This document shows, piece after piece, positions 48,401-59,298 of a stretch of 64,000 nucleotides of DNA (its first letter is position 1; each line of letters begins with the position of its first letter). The notes beneath the pieces are model-generated. The model was not told where the DNA came from. It was given only the letters and a program-made list of their open reading frames with translations, and ran no database searches. Location of the stretch: the NCBI RefSeq assembly GCF_021869535.1, contig NW_026262582.1, forward strand, positions 61,566,001-61,630,000, given 5' to 3'. Position numbers and translations under genes: made by a program. Source of the stretch: Mytilus californianus. Taxonomy: Eukaryota.

Positions 48401-49959
48401 AAAAATCTGTGAAGAAAGTATAAGTTCATTATGTAAAGCCTTCATTATAGCATTTTTTTCAACTAAAATAGAATTTACAGCTAAACGATTGCATCAAAGG
48501 CATAAACCTTGCTACTTAAAAGAAGCAAAAGGTTCATTTTTTTCAATTTTACTAATGATAAGATATTATCTAAACCTATGTGTTTAAAATTTTGGTAAAA
48601 CTACAAAATCACAATTTGTGACAAAATTTCGAATTTGCTACTTAAAAATCACTTATTTCTGTAATTCCCCTGACTGATAAAGCATTATGATTGAAATATA
48701 GCTGCGAAACCGTAGCTCATAGTCCTTATGATATTTTTTGACAATTTGCGGACTTATATCATGTATATGGTCCGCAAATTGTCAAAAAGTATCAAAAGGA
48801 CCTATGAGCTACAGTTCCGCAGCTCATTGAAATATAGAATCTGTGTCCAGGCTTGCTTACAAGAATCCCGCAACACTCCGTTCTACTTTCTGCTCTGGTG
48901 ATTTTTAAATCAGCCAATGAAATTTCAGCATTCAAATTTTTGAAGGTGTGTATTAATTAGACAAAACCAGAGGATCCCGAAAGGTCTTTGAAACATAAAA
49001 ATAGAACCAATCATTGTAAGCAAAGCATGGATACCAGATCGTAATTTCAATCAGATTTTTTAAAAGAAACATTAGTCAAAAAACAACAAACAGCAGCAGA
49101 ACATGAGGCTTCTAAGGACCTAAATCACTCACCTGATTATAGTACTATAAATTCAGAAATTATTGCAATGTTTTTATTATTGCGAAAAATGCGACAGGGT
49201 TATAATCGCAATAATTTAAACTCGCATTTTGAAATTTTTTATATCAATTAAACAGGGTTTTTCTCAATATCGCAAAAATTAAAATCGCATTATAGTCTAA
49301 AATGACAAAATCGCAATAATAAATGCACGAAATAATTTCTGAATTTACAGTATTCTATATTATAGACAATAACTAGAAAAGTTAGTCAAAGTGTCATTTA
49401 AGGATGTTTGCTCTTCTATTTAAAAATAATAAGCTTTTTAAAAGACTGTTATAAATTGATAGTATATAAATAACGGAACTTAAAAAGTAGTAAAAAATGA
49501 CAGGTCCATGTCCTTGTTCCTTGTTGTTGTTCAGATCGATATAATCAATTAAATTTGGCAGGAAATTATTCATTCTAGATTTTACATACATTTAATATTG
49601 GCACCTTTTTCTTTCAAAAACTATAAAAAATAGCAATGATTTTAAAAAATGGCTTTTTAAACTGTATTTAATAAAATTATGAAAAGAAAAATAGGGTAAG
49701 CGAGCAAAAATTTTTATTGGCACTACATGGATAAAACTAGAGGGTTCTGAATATCTGACAAAAAGTCAAAAACAAGAATATCAAACATTCTCAAGAGACA
49801 TAACTGACTGTCAAAACATAACCCTGATTAACAGTAAATTTCCAACTTACTTTCATCTGACGCCAGTTTCTTCAGTGAAGTGGCTACTAATGCTATAATC
49901 ATAATAATTATAGCCAGGACAATGAAACCCACAACATACACTATTTTCTTTTCAGCCAT
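39214..49959 (-). CDS. SPFH/band-7 domain membrane protein, paralog B (6 coding exons, 303 aa)
   Basis: Exons 49959-49851, 47809-47673, 43019-42887, 42169-42030, 40534-40338 and 39409-39214, all GT-AG, total 912 nt with no internal stop. About 85% aa identity to paralog A over exons 2-6 (40 differences in 267 aa, hand count). Confidence 0.9.
39773..39986. mobile_element. 214-bp TA-flanked MITE in SPFH-B intron 5
   Basis: TIR tactgtggattcatt / aatgaatccacagta. Confidence 0.85.
40095..40245 (-). mobile_element. Degenerate tRNA/CORE-type SINE fragment
   Basis: Minus strand reads gacttttaaattgatatttgctgcttcctgctaagc..aaagactggtt, as in 42595-42790. Confidence 0.55.
40338..40534 (-). CDS. SPFH-B exon 5
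   Basis: 197 nt, VSNIARPSEYESAIRSKERAREDIQV..ILANR. Confidence 0.9.
42030..42169 (-). CDS. SPFH-B exon 4
   Basis: 140 nt, QSALHESCSYFNTSQFQAERANFQEKVREQIVGRYEELNADITDLQ, AG/GTGAG boundaries. Confidence 0.9.
42595..42790 (+). mobile_element. Internally deleted tRNA/CORE-type SINE
   Basis: tRNA-like head (gtggtctcgtggtagc..gggtttagaacc), gacttcaaaaattg..ttgcttctccactgagcac..agcataaaggag core, (tcca)n tail. Confidence 0.6.
42887..43019 (-). CDS. SPFH-B exon 3
   Basis: 133 nt, CLNKDGVKIVLDVTYQYKVRSAKLREVILDFRDKDGYTKVLRYA. Confidence 0.9.
43484..43697. mobile_element. TA-flanked MITE
   Basis: TIR tactagattccgaaattattgc / gcaataatttcagaatttacagta; termini related to 49143-49352. Confidence 0.7.
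43698..47265. mobile_element. Putative 3.6-kb TA-flanked non-autonomous DNA transposon hosting a HINE
   Basis: TA-CAGTACA..TGTACTG-TA termini; shared subterminal motifs (ggtgtgacacc, ctctccca.cac.gtgt inverted, ttgggagtat) at both ends. Confidence 0.4.
45765..46930 (+). mobile_element. Helentron-associated non-autonomous element (HINE/DINE-1-like) with ~167-bp core tandem repeats
   Basis: About 6 units (tgcac at 45893, 46060, 46227, 46396, 46574, 46743), then a (gacg/gact)n microsatellite and a 3' stem-loop ataccctccgcaaactgttgcgtggggtat. Confidence 0.8.
47673..47809 (-). CDS. SPFH-B exon 2
   Basis: 137 nt, GIKYDTVQKKLDDSTEREGLHTGPPGFEFIKFPSVYKSLSFNGLE, AG/GTAAGT boundaries. Confidence 0.9.
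48700..48824. repeat. 125-bp near-perfect palindrome in SPFH-B intron 1
   Basis: About 55-bp arms agctgcg..ttgacaatttgcggac / gtccgcaaattgtcaa..cgcagct with a few mismatches and a 16-nt loop. Confidence 0.9.
49143..49352. mobile_element. 210-bp TA-flanked MITE
   Basis: TIR tactataaattcagaaattatt / aataatttctgaatttacagta. Confidence 0.85.
49851..49959 (-). CDS. SPFH-B coding exon 1 (MAEKKIVYVVGFIVLAIIIMIIALVATSLKKLASDE)
   Basis: ATG at 49959, upstream acceptor, donor GTAAGT, phase 1. Confidence 0.87.
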
Positions 49960-50040
49960 CTTGGATTATGTCTTCTGTAGATAGAAATAGAAAAGATGTA
50001 AAACATTAGCTGAAATAAATGTACCATGTTTACTGATGCT

Positions 50041-50470
50041 TTCCACACTTTCAACATGCGATGATGCATGACATATTTAATATACATTGTAAACAGTACA
50101 ATGCAGTAAGGAGGCAGTGTGAAACTATGCAGTGTGAATAAGTTTCACACTTTTCACACTTTCAACATGCAATGACATATTTAATATAAATAGTGAGGAG
50201 GCAGTGTGAAACTTGGCAGTGTGAATAAGTTTCACACTTTTCACACTTTCAACATGCAATGACATATTTAATATAAACAGTGAGGAGGCAGTGTGAAACT
50301 TGGCAGTGTGAATAAGTTTCACACTTTTCACACTTTCAACATGCAATGACATATTTAATATAAACAGTGAGGAGGCAGTGTGAAACTTGGCAGTGTGAAT
50401 AAGTTTCACACTTTTCACACTTTCAACATGCAATGACATATTTAATATAAACAGTGAGGAGGCAGTGTGA
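50041..50470 (+). repeat. 87-bp tandem repeat, about 5 units, just upstream of SPFH-B coding exon 1
   Basis: tgaggag at 50194, 50281, 50368 and 50455; internal 11-bp inverted repeat gtgtgaaactt/aagtttcacac. Confidence 0.92.
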
Positions 50471-51881
50471 TTAAGTTTAAATAACTCTTGCTTAACATTT
50501 TCCAGAGAGAATGCTGGTAGTTGTGAGAGATGTACTCTGAATTTAGTAGATTATTTAATTAACATTGTGCTGTAATTTTAGGGAACCAATGCATGTTATT
50601 TCAAAGCCAAGGGTTCTATTTGAAAATACAGCAGGGAAAACTAATATTCATGAAATTTTAAACATTATTAATCACAGTAATATCAATGAATATGTGTTGA
50701 ACTGATGATTATGTTGATCACAAATTTCTTGATTTAAGGATAATTTTCATAGTTTTGTATGAAGAATCTTTAAATCAAATGAGATAATCATATGCATGGC
50801 TGTAAGATTTATATACATGTAACTTCCAAATTTACTATTTTAAGGTAGAACTGTGACATCAAGATTAAATTTTTGTAATTAAATTGTCATGATTGTTAAA
50901 TGTTCAACCACTTCAATATCAAATTCTTAAAACTTATGTTATAGATAATGCATATTTAAAGGTTTTCTTGTTGTATAACACAGCAAGGGGTGTCAGGATT
51001 GGTCAAATGAAAGACTGAACATAAGGACAACAACGCAACATTACTATCAAATAAATTAAATAGTTTAACAAACTATAGTTTGCATTATAAACGGGGTAGA
51101 TGACCTGACACAGCTCATTATTTTAAGCATTGAGAACTTTTCGTTCAAACTTGGTATTGTCCAGATTGTTTGGTCAAAAGTATGACCTATCAGTCTGAAA
51201 GGAAATAATTAGGTATGTACAGCCAGGGATATAACTCTATAGGGTTATTACAGAAAATATCTTACATGTGTTATAACAGATATTTTTATGAGTTGTCTAC
51301 CATGGTAAATCAATAAGACAAGGCTTTTAAGTGATAATCTTAGCTTTAATAACAAGGCTCAGTTATTAAAGGCATGTAACTTATTATATGAGGCACTTGG
51401 GAATTACTGGGAAGCTTGTACAGAACCTCATCACATGCTCTGATCATTATTTCTTACAATGAATTAAAATATATTGTAATTAAACATGATGTATGTCTGA
51501 GCAAATGCTTTGGAGTGATAAAGAGAAGCTGTAAAAACACCCTTTAGTTATTACAGGCATATTTTTTCTGTAATAACATATGTGTACTATGCATGATTGG
51601 CAAAATATGAACTGCTATATCTTTCTATAGTTAAGTAAACTTAAAGACAACAGTAATATCAATAAAACTTGTATACATTTTAACAAAACTAATGATGTAT
51701 ATTGTCCCTTTGAAACATGTAACATACATATGTTATCACAGGTCTTTGACTTTTTAGTCCACAATAAGAAATGTATGTTATTTTTCTCTAATAATCCTAT
51801 AGAGTTATATCCTTGACTGATGTATATTATAGTTTAAGTTACAGAAGTCATTATATATTACAAATTTATATTTCAGATTTA

Positions 51882-52544
51882 AATAAACAGCTGCGCCATG
51901 AGCGCATGATACCCCTGTCGTCTTGTGTGTGAATTTTTATGCAATAAGCATAAATAGTTTCTGACATAGGGCGTGACATGCGAAAACCCCCCCCCTTTTT
52001 TTTTTTTACAAAAAACTCAATATCTCTAAAATAAAATTTTGAATCAAAACCAAAAAGTATACAGATCTTTAGATTAATATAACTAAGAAGTGTGTAAAAT
52101 TTTAAGCAATAATCATAAATAGTTTTGGAGATACGGCACGACATGTGAAAAACCCCTCCCCCTTTTTTTACAAAATACTCAATAACTCAAAAATAAAATT
52201 TTGAATCATCACCAAAAAGTATACAGATCTTAAGGTTAATATAACAAAGAAGTGTGTAAAGTTTTAAGCAATAATCATAAACTGTTTTTGAGATACGGCG
52301 CGACATGTGAAAAACCCCTCCCCCTTTTTAACAAAATACTCAATATCTCTAAAATAAAATTTTGAATCATCACCAAAAAGTATACAGATCTTAAGATTAA
52401 TATAACTAAGAAGTGTGTAAAGTTTTAAGCAATAATCATAAATTGTTTTTGAGATACGGCGCGACATGTGAAAAAAAACACACCAGAAACCGGACATTTG
52501 TATACCATAATACTTCCCGTCAAAAATTGACGGGCGTATAAAAA
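51882..52544 (+). mobile_element. HINE-like element with ~162-bp core repeats
   Basis: gacatg.gaaaa at about 51976, 52140, 52301 and 52464; 3' stem-loop cccgtcaaaaattgacggg followed by an A-run. Confidence 0.75.
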
Positions 52545-53328
52545 CTGGTAGAAAATGTCATCATGGTCATGTAAATCAGAGAAAAATTTATTTCGAAATA
52601 TTTTCATTAAAATTTATAAAGAATATTAGATTCTACCATTTATGATTACAAAATGTATACAATATTTTAACTTTTGACACATTTATTTTCAAACTTAAAA
52701 CTCATGGCTTGCTGAGCGTTTTAAATATTCAAAATTTGTGGATTGTAACTCACAAAATATGTAATCTGTTTCAGGCCTCTACAATAACTTTTTTTTTCAA
52801 CTTGTCCAGTAGGACAAGTACATACCAAAACGTACTTGTCCAAATGAAATTGTAACTTGTCCAAAAAAAATCTTAATAATAACCTTTTTTGCATTTTAAG
52901 TTGATTCAAGGAACAAAATGAATTAAAACAATAGAACAGAATTTGATTTATATCTTTTGATATACTTTTCAAAAATATGAGTTGAGAACAACTGAATCTA
53001 GTCATGTCACAGGACTTAGGTTCTAGCTTTCTTCAATGCCAAAGTCTCATCAGACTCTGCACATGAGGCACCGTCTGATAGGCCTGTCAATGTACACTCA
53101 TTGGATTTGTATCTTGGTTTTTAAGTTGAAAAAAGTTTTTTCAAATGCAATTAATAATCAAAGAGCTGAAAGCTCTGAGGAAAAATGACGCCACTGTCTC
53201 TAATATTGATATATTTCTTATGCAAGTCTTGATTTTCACATGTCGTAATAAGTTTAACATTGCAACATGTCTAGTAAGCATATAATTGATATTCGTATAT
53301 GTGTCTGTTTTTTCAGTACAAATGAATA

Positions 53329-53550
53329 GGTCAAGACTACCTGAATGATCTACAGTATCCAATTACTACTGGCATTTTTTTTGTATAAATAAATAGGTCA
53401 AGACTACCGGAATGATCTACAATATCCAATGACTACTGGCTCTTCTTTTGTACTAATAAAAAGGTCAAGACTATTTGAATGATCTACAATATCCAATGAC
53501 TACTGGCTGTTCTTTTGTACATATAAATAAAGACTACCTGAATGATCTAA
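53329..53550 (+). repeat. ~67-bp tandem repeat, about 3.5 units
   Basis: ggtcaagact at 53329, 53396 and 53463. Confidence 0.85.
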
Positions 53551-54216
53551 AGTATTCTAAGTAATGTGATTTTTTTCTTGCAATTACATTTTTCTAAATC
53601 AAGAATATAGACTACTAGTATCCTTTTCAAACCAAATGATTATGAAGAGCCTGTTGTTAGCAAGCTCTTTTACCCCACATACTCATTAAATAAGTTACTA
53701 GCTATATATATAGTGACCTAGTTATTTCTGTTACTTGAAGCAAATTATATTTCTGTATATTTAGACAATAGTATAATATTGTTTTACTAGTTTTATTTCA
53801 CCTTGAAGATTAGACAAATAGGGATACTCCTTCGATTTTTTATTTCATGTCAGTCAGGTCGCTTTATATGAAATTTGAAACCACTTCTCTGCCATATTGT
53901 TATTTCATAACAACTCTGCCCTTGACTATGTTGACCCATGTAATTGATATTCATTCTTTAACCATATATCATAGTCAGTTAGTTTTTGATTTTGCACTCC
54001 CACATCACCTTTCATGTCTTTCAGATCAAATGTCTGTCTCCATTTAAGTTAATGACATATGCATTGAACAATCATGGTATTAAACACAATTTCAATAGTG
54101 ATAATGCTGTTCTCGTGGGTCACCATATATTCAACTTGGGTAGCATTCCAGTTATTGAAATTTGTGTCAGATTAGAACAATGATCTAGATCTTTAGGAAT
54201 GGATCTTATAATTTAA

Positions 54217-54462
54217 TATGGAGCCATAGTATGGGACCCCTACACGGTAACAAAAAAAAAAAAACAAGCTTGAAAGGATACAATGTCAAGCGGCAAAATC
54301 TATCACCAGAGATTACAAGTCAAAAGAGGATGGACGGGATACGTCTCTAAAATGCTTGCTGAACTGGAACTACAGCAAGATCTCCAGACAAGACGAACAA
54401 AGCGTTGAAGCCAGAAGTTAATATTTATGTAAAAAGTAGTTGAGGGGCTGATTCCCGCTATT
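54217..54462 (+). mobile_element. LINE (CR1/L2-like) RT C-terminal remnant
   Basis: YGAIVWDPY..KLERIQCQAAK..DY..KVVEGLIPAI with frameshifts. Confidence 0.7.
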
Positions 54463-54498
54463 GAACCATACTGTCATTCTATAATATCATTGCGTAAC

Positions 54499-54610
54499 TA
54501 TTTCTGTATTGGCCTTGTTATTGGTCCATGTCTTGGGTGTATTGGTCTGAGGCGAAGCAGAAGGCCAATACTGCTGGCCGAGGACCAATAATAAGGCCAA
54601 TACAGAAATA
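54499..54610. repeat. Palindromic repeat centred on gaggcgaagcag
   Basis: tatttctgtattggcctt.ttattggtcc / ggaccaataataaggccaatacagaaata. Confidence 0.8.
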
Positions 54611-54959
54611 CACGTAATAGTATCTTTATTAATTAACTACAGTGTTACAATATTTTTTTTATTTCATTTCACAAGAGATAAACATTTTTACCTTGAAGTG
54701 GAACTATCCAAATCTCAGTTTATTTTTATAAGATGCAATATCTAATGATTCGGTGCCGTTTGAAGTATCTTTAGCATTTTCTCATCTGATGAATTTTTCT
54801 ACCCTTTCCAGTCACTATAAAGTGTTACAACTTTAATTTAGACACAACACATAAATAGTAATTGGAAAGGTACTGCCATTGCATGTGTAATGCAAATATA
54901 TTTTTAAAAAAAATAATGTAAGAGTTGAAATTGATTCAACTATCCATAAGCCAATTGAC

Positions 54960-55930
54960 CAAAGAACGAAGATTTGCACAATTACAGAATGCATATGCCT
55001 GGTTCGGGTTTAAAAATAAACGACCGTTTAAATACAAAACATGAGAAGCGACAGTAAACAGTAAAAATCGATTTGTACCATCGACATGATGAAATTATGA
55101 GGTCGTCAAGAAATGAACTTTGTGATAATTTACTCTTTCCCCAAACCTGAAATAATCCCATCGTCTACTTTCAAAATGCTTTTTAAATGAATGGGACCGT
55201 CTTTAACCTAAAATATATGCCATACTGAACGTTTCAGCTTGTTTATGGTGAGTAAACCTGCGTCTTACAAACAACTGTTCACTTTCAGTTTGAGTTTATC
55301 GTGACTTACGATCTAAAAACTAGAGACGTTCCGAAATCCTGTTTTGTAAACAAAGATTCATACGCACCGCGTGGGTATAACTGTATTACTAATTTCCGAT
55401 TTTTTAAATCTTCGTAAATCTGGATAAAGACCAGTTTCTATCCAATGGATATCAAAATGATTCCGATTTTCACTTTTTTTAATGATTGTAAAGTTGAAAT
55501 GGCATGAAAGGCTGACATTATTTAGGAAAACTATTTTGTCTAGCGATTGCTGATCATTGGAGGGTAAAAAGTCCAACACCATAACAAAACGGATCTATTT
55601 ATCATGTATACATACCGATTGTTTACGATTGTAAGACATGTGCATAAAAGTGAAAGCTCGAATAAATATGAAAAATATAACAAAGGGATAGCTCCAAATA
55701 CCATTTAATAACAAAAAACATATGGACAGGTCAAGATATCTTTTTGGTAAATAAAATAAAGTATGTAAACTGGTTCCGTTCCGACTACAACACTTTGTTC
55801 GTGTGTAGCGTAATACAAGCAGATTCCAGTTAGTATGTAAAATAGTAAATATGAAACCGAGTGCGGTAGGCGGAGGCAATAATCGACTTCCGTAAGTTCT
55901 GGTCAATGGTATTGGAAACATGCCGCTGAT
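54960..55930. promoter_or_regulatory. CpG-retaining island; candidate (bidirectional) promoter between SPFH-B and SPFH-C
   Basis: Abrupt rise in CpG (about 19 in 54961-55380) next to a CpG-depleted domain. Outward-facing GTAAGT donors at 55309 (-) and 55892 (+). ETS-like ACTTCCG at 55886-55892. Confidence 0.4.
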
Positions 55931-58054
55931 AGCGTCATTTTCCAAAAAAAAGAAGATGAGGTATGATTGCCAATGAGACAACTCTCTGCAAGAGACCAAA
56001 ATGACACAGAAATTAACAACTATATGTCACCATATTGCAAGTATTGTTTTTTTCTTCATATGATCAAATATGATTTTGTGAATTTTATGATACATAATTT
56101 CTTCATTTTTATTTAAAAAATATTTTTTGTTAAAAAAATTACCGGTATGGTATTTATTATAAAGCAACAAAATAAGGTCAAAACAAGGTACTGATTTGTC
56201 TTGGTCCCAAAATGTCTCCAAATGTCTCCTGCGTTTCCAAACTGTCTATTAATCATGTCTATTAAATATGTCTCCTACGGTGCCAAACTGTCTATTAAAT
56301 TTGGAGCCCAATCTTTTCCGAAGCTGGTGACAACTGTCTTGAAAAGTTACCTTATCTACAAAGTGGTGACGAACTGTCTTGAAAAGTTACCTTATCTACA
56401 AAGCGCATGATTCGGATCAGTAAGACCTCTTAAAAAGTACCTGACAAAAAACCAGTTTTAAAGTATCGATTGCAAGTAAACATGTCAAATTAATACTTGT
56501 TTTTATCTTCTTTTCTTGTTTTTTGTTTATAATTACTTTGTTCATCAAAATTGGATTAAATTTATTTTCTGCAGAATAATTTTACTTGTCCCGTCAGACA
56601 AGCTTGATAAAGCTTTTAATTGTCCGACCTTTTTTTCCTCTGGTACCGGACAATCGGACAAGCGTTATTGTCGAGGCCTGTGTTTTGAGATGATGTGTAC
56701 ATGATGTGAGCAAACTTTATCTTTCCTTTTCATTTGCAATTGATCTTTATGATTTAGATGGCAAAAAGCATATAACCTCAAAACAATTTCTCAACATTTA
56801 CATTGTTTTGTGCATGTATCATGTGTATACAATGTAGGGCTACTTTGTCAACATAGATTCTAACCTCTGAGAATGAAAAATCATATCATGATATGACATG
56901 CCAAAATGTGTAACATGTGTAAACACACAAGCCATGATTTTTTGCTCTGAAAATTATCCGATTTAATTTAAGTACATTCGACTAAGTACATGCATGTACT
57001 GCGAACATTAAGTTTTATTATAATTCGCAGTTGCCTATTTGGCTTATTTAGAACATCATAGCTTGATGCAAATTCATGACAAATGCAGCATGGTTACATT
57101 TTTTGACAGCAATTGCAAGAGAAAATTATGTTTTGCAAAAAAGCTTGAAAAGAGTGCCTCTATGCTGATAGTCCTCTAATGGAGGGTATAAGTTATTTGA
57201 CTCATTGTAGACAACTAGAAGTTTCAAGTAATTTTGTGTTTTGAAATTTCTAATTTCATTCATTTTAAAAAAAAAACTGAAGTAAATGTAAATATAGACC
57301 AGCTACATGTATATAGCTATAAACACTCGATACAGATGTAGAACGGTGCAAAATAAACAATTTGTTCTGACCATGATTACTTTCTTTTATTTACGTTAAA
57401 GTGGAATTAGCTATGTTTAGACAAAAAATTAAAATATGATTACTGAATATGTTTCCAGTATTTATAAAATGTGTAAAAGCAGAATTTTGAAATAACATTT
57501 TGTTAGCAGTCAGTTTGGCCAAAATTTGTCAAATAAGCTCAAAAACATCGGTGATATCTTATTGACTTACAAGTCAATATTTCAACCTCAAATGAATCTG
57601 TATGCATGTGACCTTCAATTCAACACCTTAGCTGGAGATGGAATATGCATGTACTAGGCATGCTCAGCTATTAAAAGGAAAAGAATGTCAACATTGAAAG
57701 TGCAACAGGGATGAACCATTTCGTTGTAAAACAATTTAAACGAGAAAACTAATGGCCTAATCTATGTACAAAATAATAAACGAAAAACAAATATGATACA
57801 CAGAAACAAACGACAACCACTGAATTACAGGCTCCTGACTTGGGACAGGCACATACAAAAATGAGTTTACTCATACCAAGCTAACTACTTGCAGTAAAAA
57901 TTTACATCAAAGCTAGTTTTAACAACAATCATGATTTTCAAACACAGAACATTAATACCAAATTTGGCTTTGTATTAAATACCAATTAACAGTTATCATA
58001 CGTAATTAACATTTAATAATTAATCGTCAAATGACCAAATAAAATATTTCGGCC

Positions 58055-58275
58055 TTCTTTTACTTTAGGGGTCTCTATATATATATATATATATAGCTAT
58101 ACTTCGGGGTTTATGGTTCATTCATGGTTATGGTTAGGTTATGGGATGTTCTAGGTTAGGGTTAGGTTTTAGGGTTAGCGCTAGTGTCAGGTTTAGGTAT
58201 GGGTTAGGGTAAGGTTTAAGGTAAAGGATAGTTTAGTATAGCTCTATATTGGTTGGGACCTCTAAAGTAAAAGAA
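58055..58275. mobile_element. MITE-like element enclosing degenerate TTAGGG repeats
   Basis: TIR ttcttttactttaggggtctc / gggacctctaaagtaaaagaa; the interior is ggtt(a/t)gg(g)-rich. Confidence 0.7.
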
Positions 58276-58531
58276 TATTTCATTTAAAAATCCCTAAAAT
58301 TTACATATATAAATATATATATCTAAAACATCTAATTATTCAACCAGTATTCAAATAAAAATAGGGTGCAAACAAACCCAGGGGTGAGCGTCTAGGGTAT
58401 GAACCTGTATTGGGAGCGAATGGACCCGATACCCTCGGATGGATGGTACGCAGCCCGAAAAAAGAAAAGGGGGAAGAGTGTTGTAGACCTGGAGATATAA
58501 AGATAGAACTAGTTGAGTTAGGGAAGATCTT

Positions 58532-58600
58532 CTTTGGCTCAATTGGTTAAAGCACTCCTGTAGATCCCGAGAATTGGGGTTTGAATCCCCCTGGTACCAT
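58532..58600 (+). pseudogene. Degenerate tRNA-like sequence within a repeat cassette
   Basis: A-box-like tggctcaattggtt, T-arm gggg-tttgaat-cccc; no convincing acceptor or anticodon stems. Confidence 0.5.
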
Positions 58601-59266
58601 CCATGGATTTTCACAAGAAGCCTGAGGAAAGTAAATAGTTATTCATCTTAAATTCTATGTAGTAAAAACATGCATTATTGACACTTACTAGTTTATTAAG
58701 GACAAAGGATTTACTTTGACAACAAACCTGATCAGAAGACTGTCGTTATTGAAAAAATATCTACAACGTACACGTATATGCGGAAATATGGTAACTTGTT
58801 GTGTCCGGGTATTTCGAAAGAACCCACCCAAAATATATTTCAAAATGTAAATAATTATGATGTTATGCCTGTTTGCAATAACACAGAAATGTAACGTTGC
58901 AATATATATATTTGTGTACATTTTTGAATATATGTCTAAAATTATTTCTGTTAACATTTCTTTAAAATTAGCAATATAAATGCATGATGTCTTACCAACA
59001 CGAAAACAAACACCTAACCGCTTACGCCTCTAAAAATAACTACAGTTCGAAATATCACATACAAATATTTAACGAAACGAATCAAAATGTAGTAACATAT
59101 TTATGACATATATATATTTCGTTGAATAAAAACACCAAAAAATGTGGAAAGTGCACTTCCCCCTGATATTTTTTCAATTCAAATCACAAATAACATTTAC
59201 GGGGTTACTTATGCCAGAGACATATAAATGATATTATATGTGCCAGTCTGCTTATATGCGTATTGG

Positions 59267-59298
59267 CAGAAGTCCATTACTAGACTAATGGACTTCTG
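59267..59298. mobile_element. 32-bp hairpin micro-element with 7-bp direct flanks
   Basis: GTATTGG-cagaagtccatta ctagac taatggacttctg-GTATTGG. Confidence 0.65.

Noticed and set aside
50125-50439. 104-aa ORF of 29-aa repeats
   Set aside because: An 87-bp unit is divisible by 3 and lacks a stop in one frame; it is non-coding VNTR sequence with no splice support
55595-55999. 134-aa minus-strand ORF in the CpG island
   Set aside because: It begins inside a high-copy repeat, has no ATG start and no recognisable domain
58100-58230. True telomere or chromosome-fusion site
   Set aside because: The tract is short, highly degenerate and enclosed by TIRs
58532-58600. Functional tRNA gene
   Set aside because: Only the T arm pairs well; acceptor and anticodon stems cannot be built
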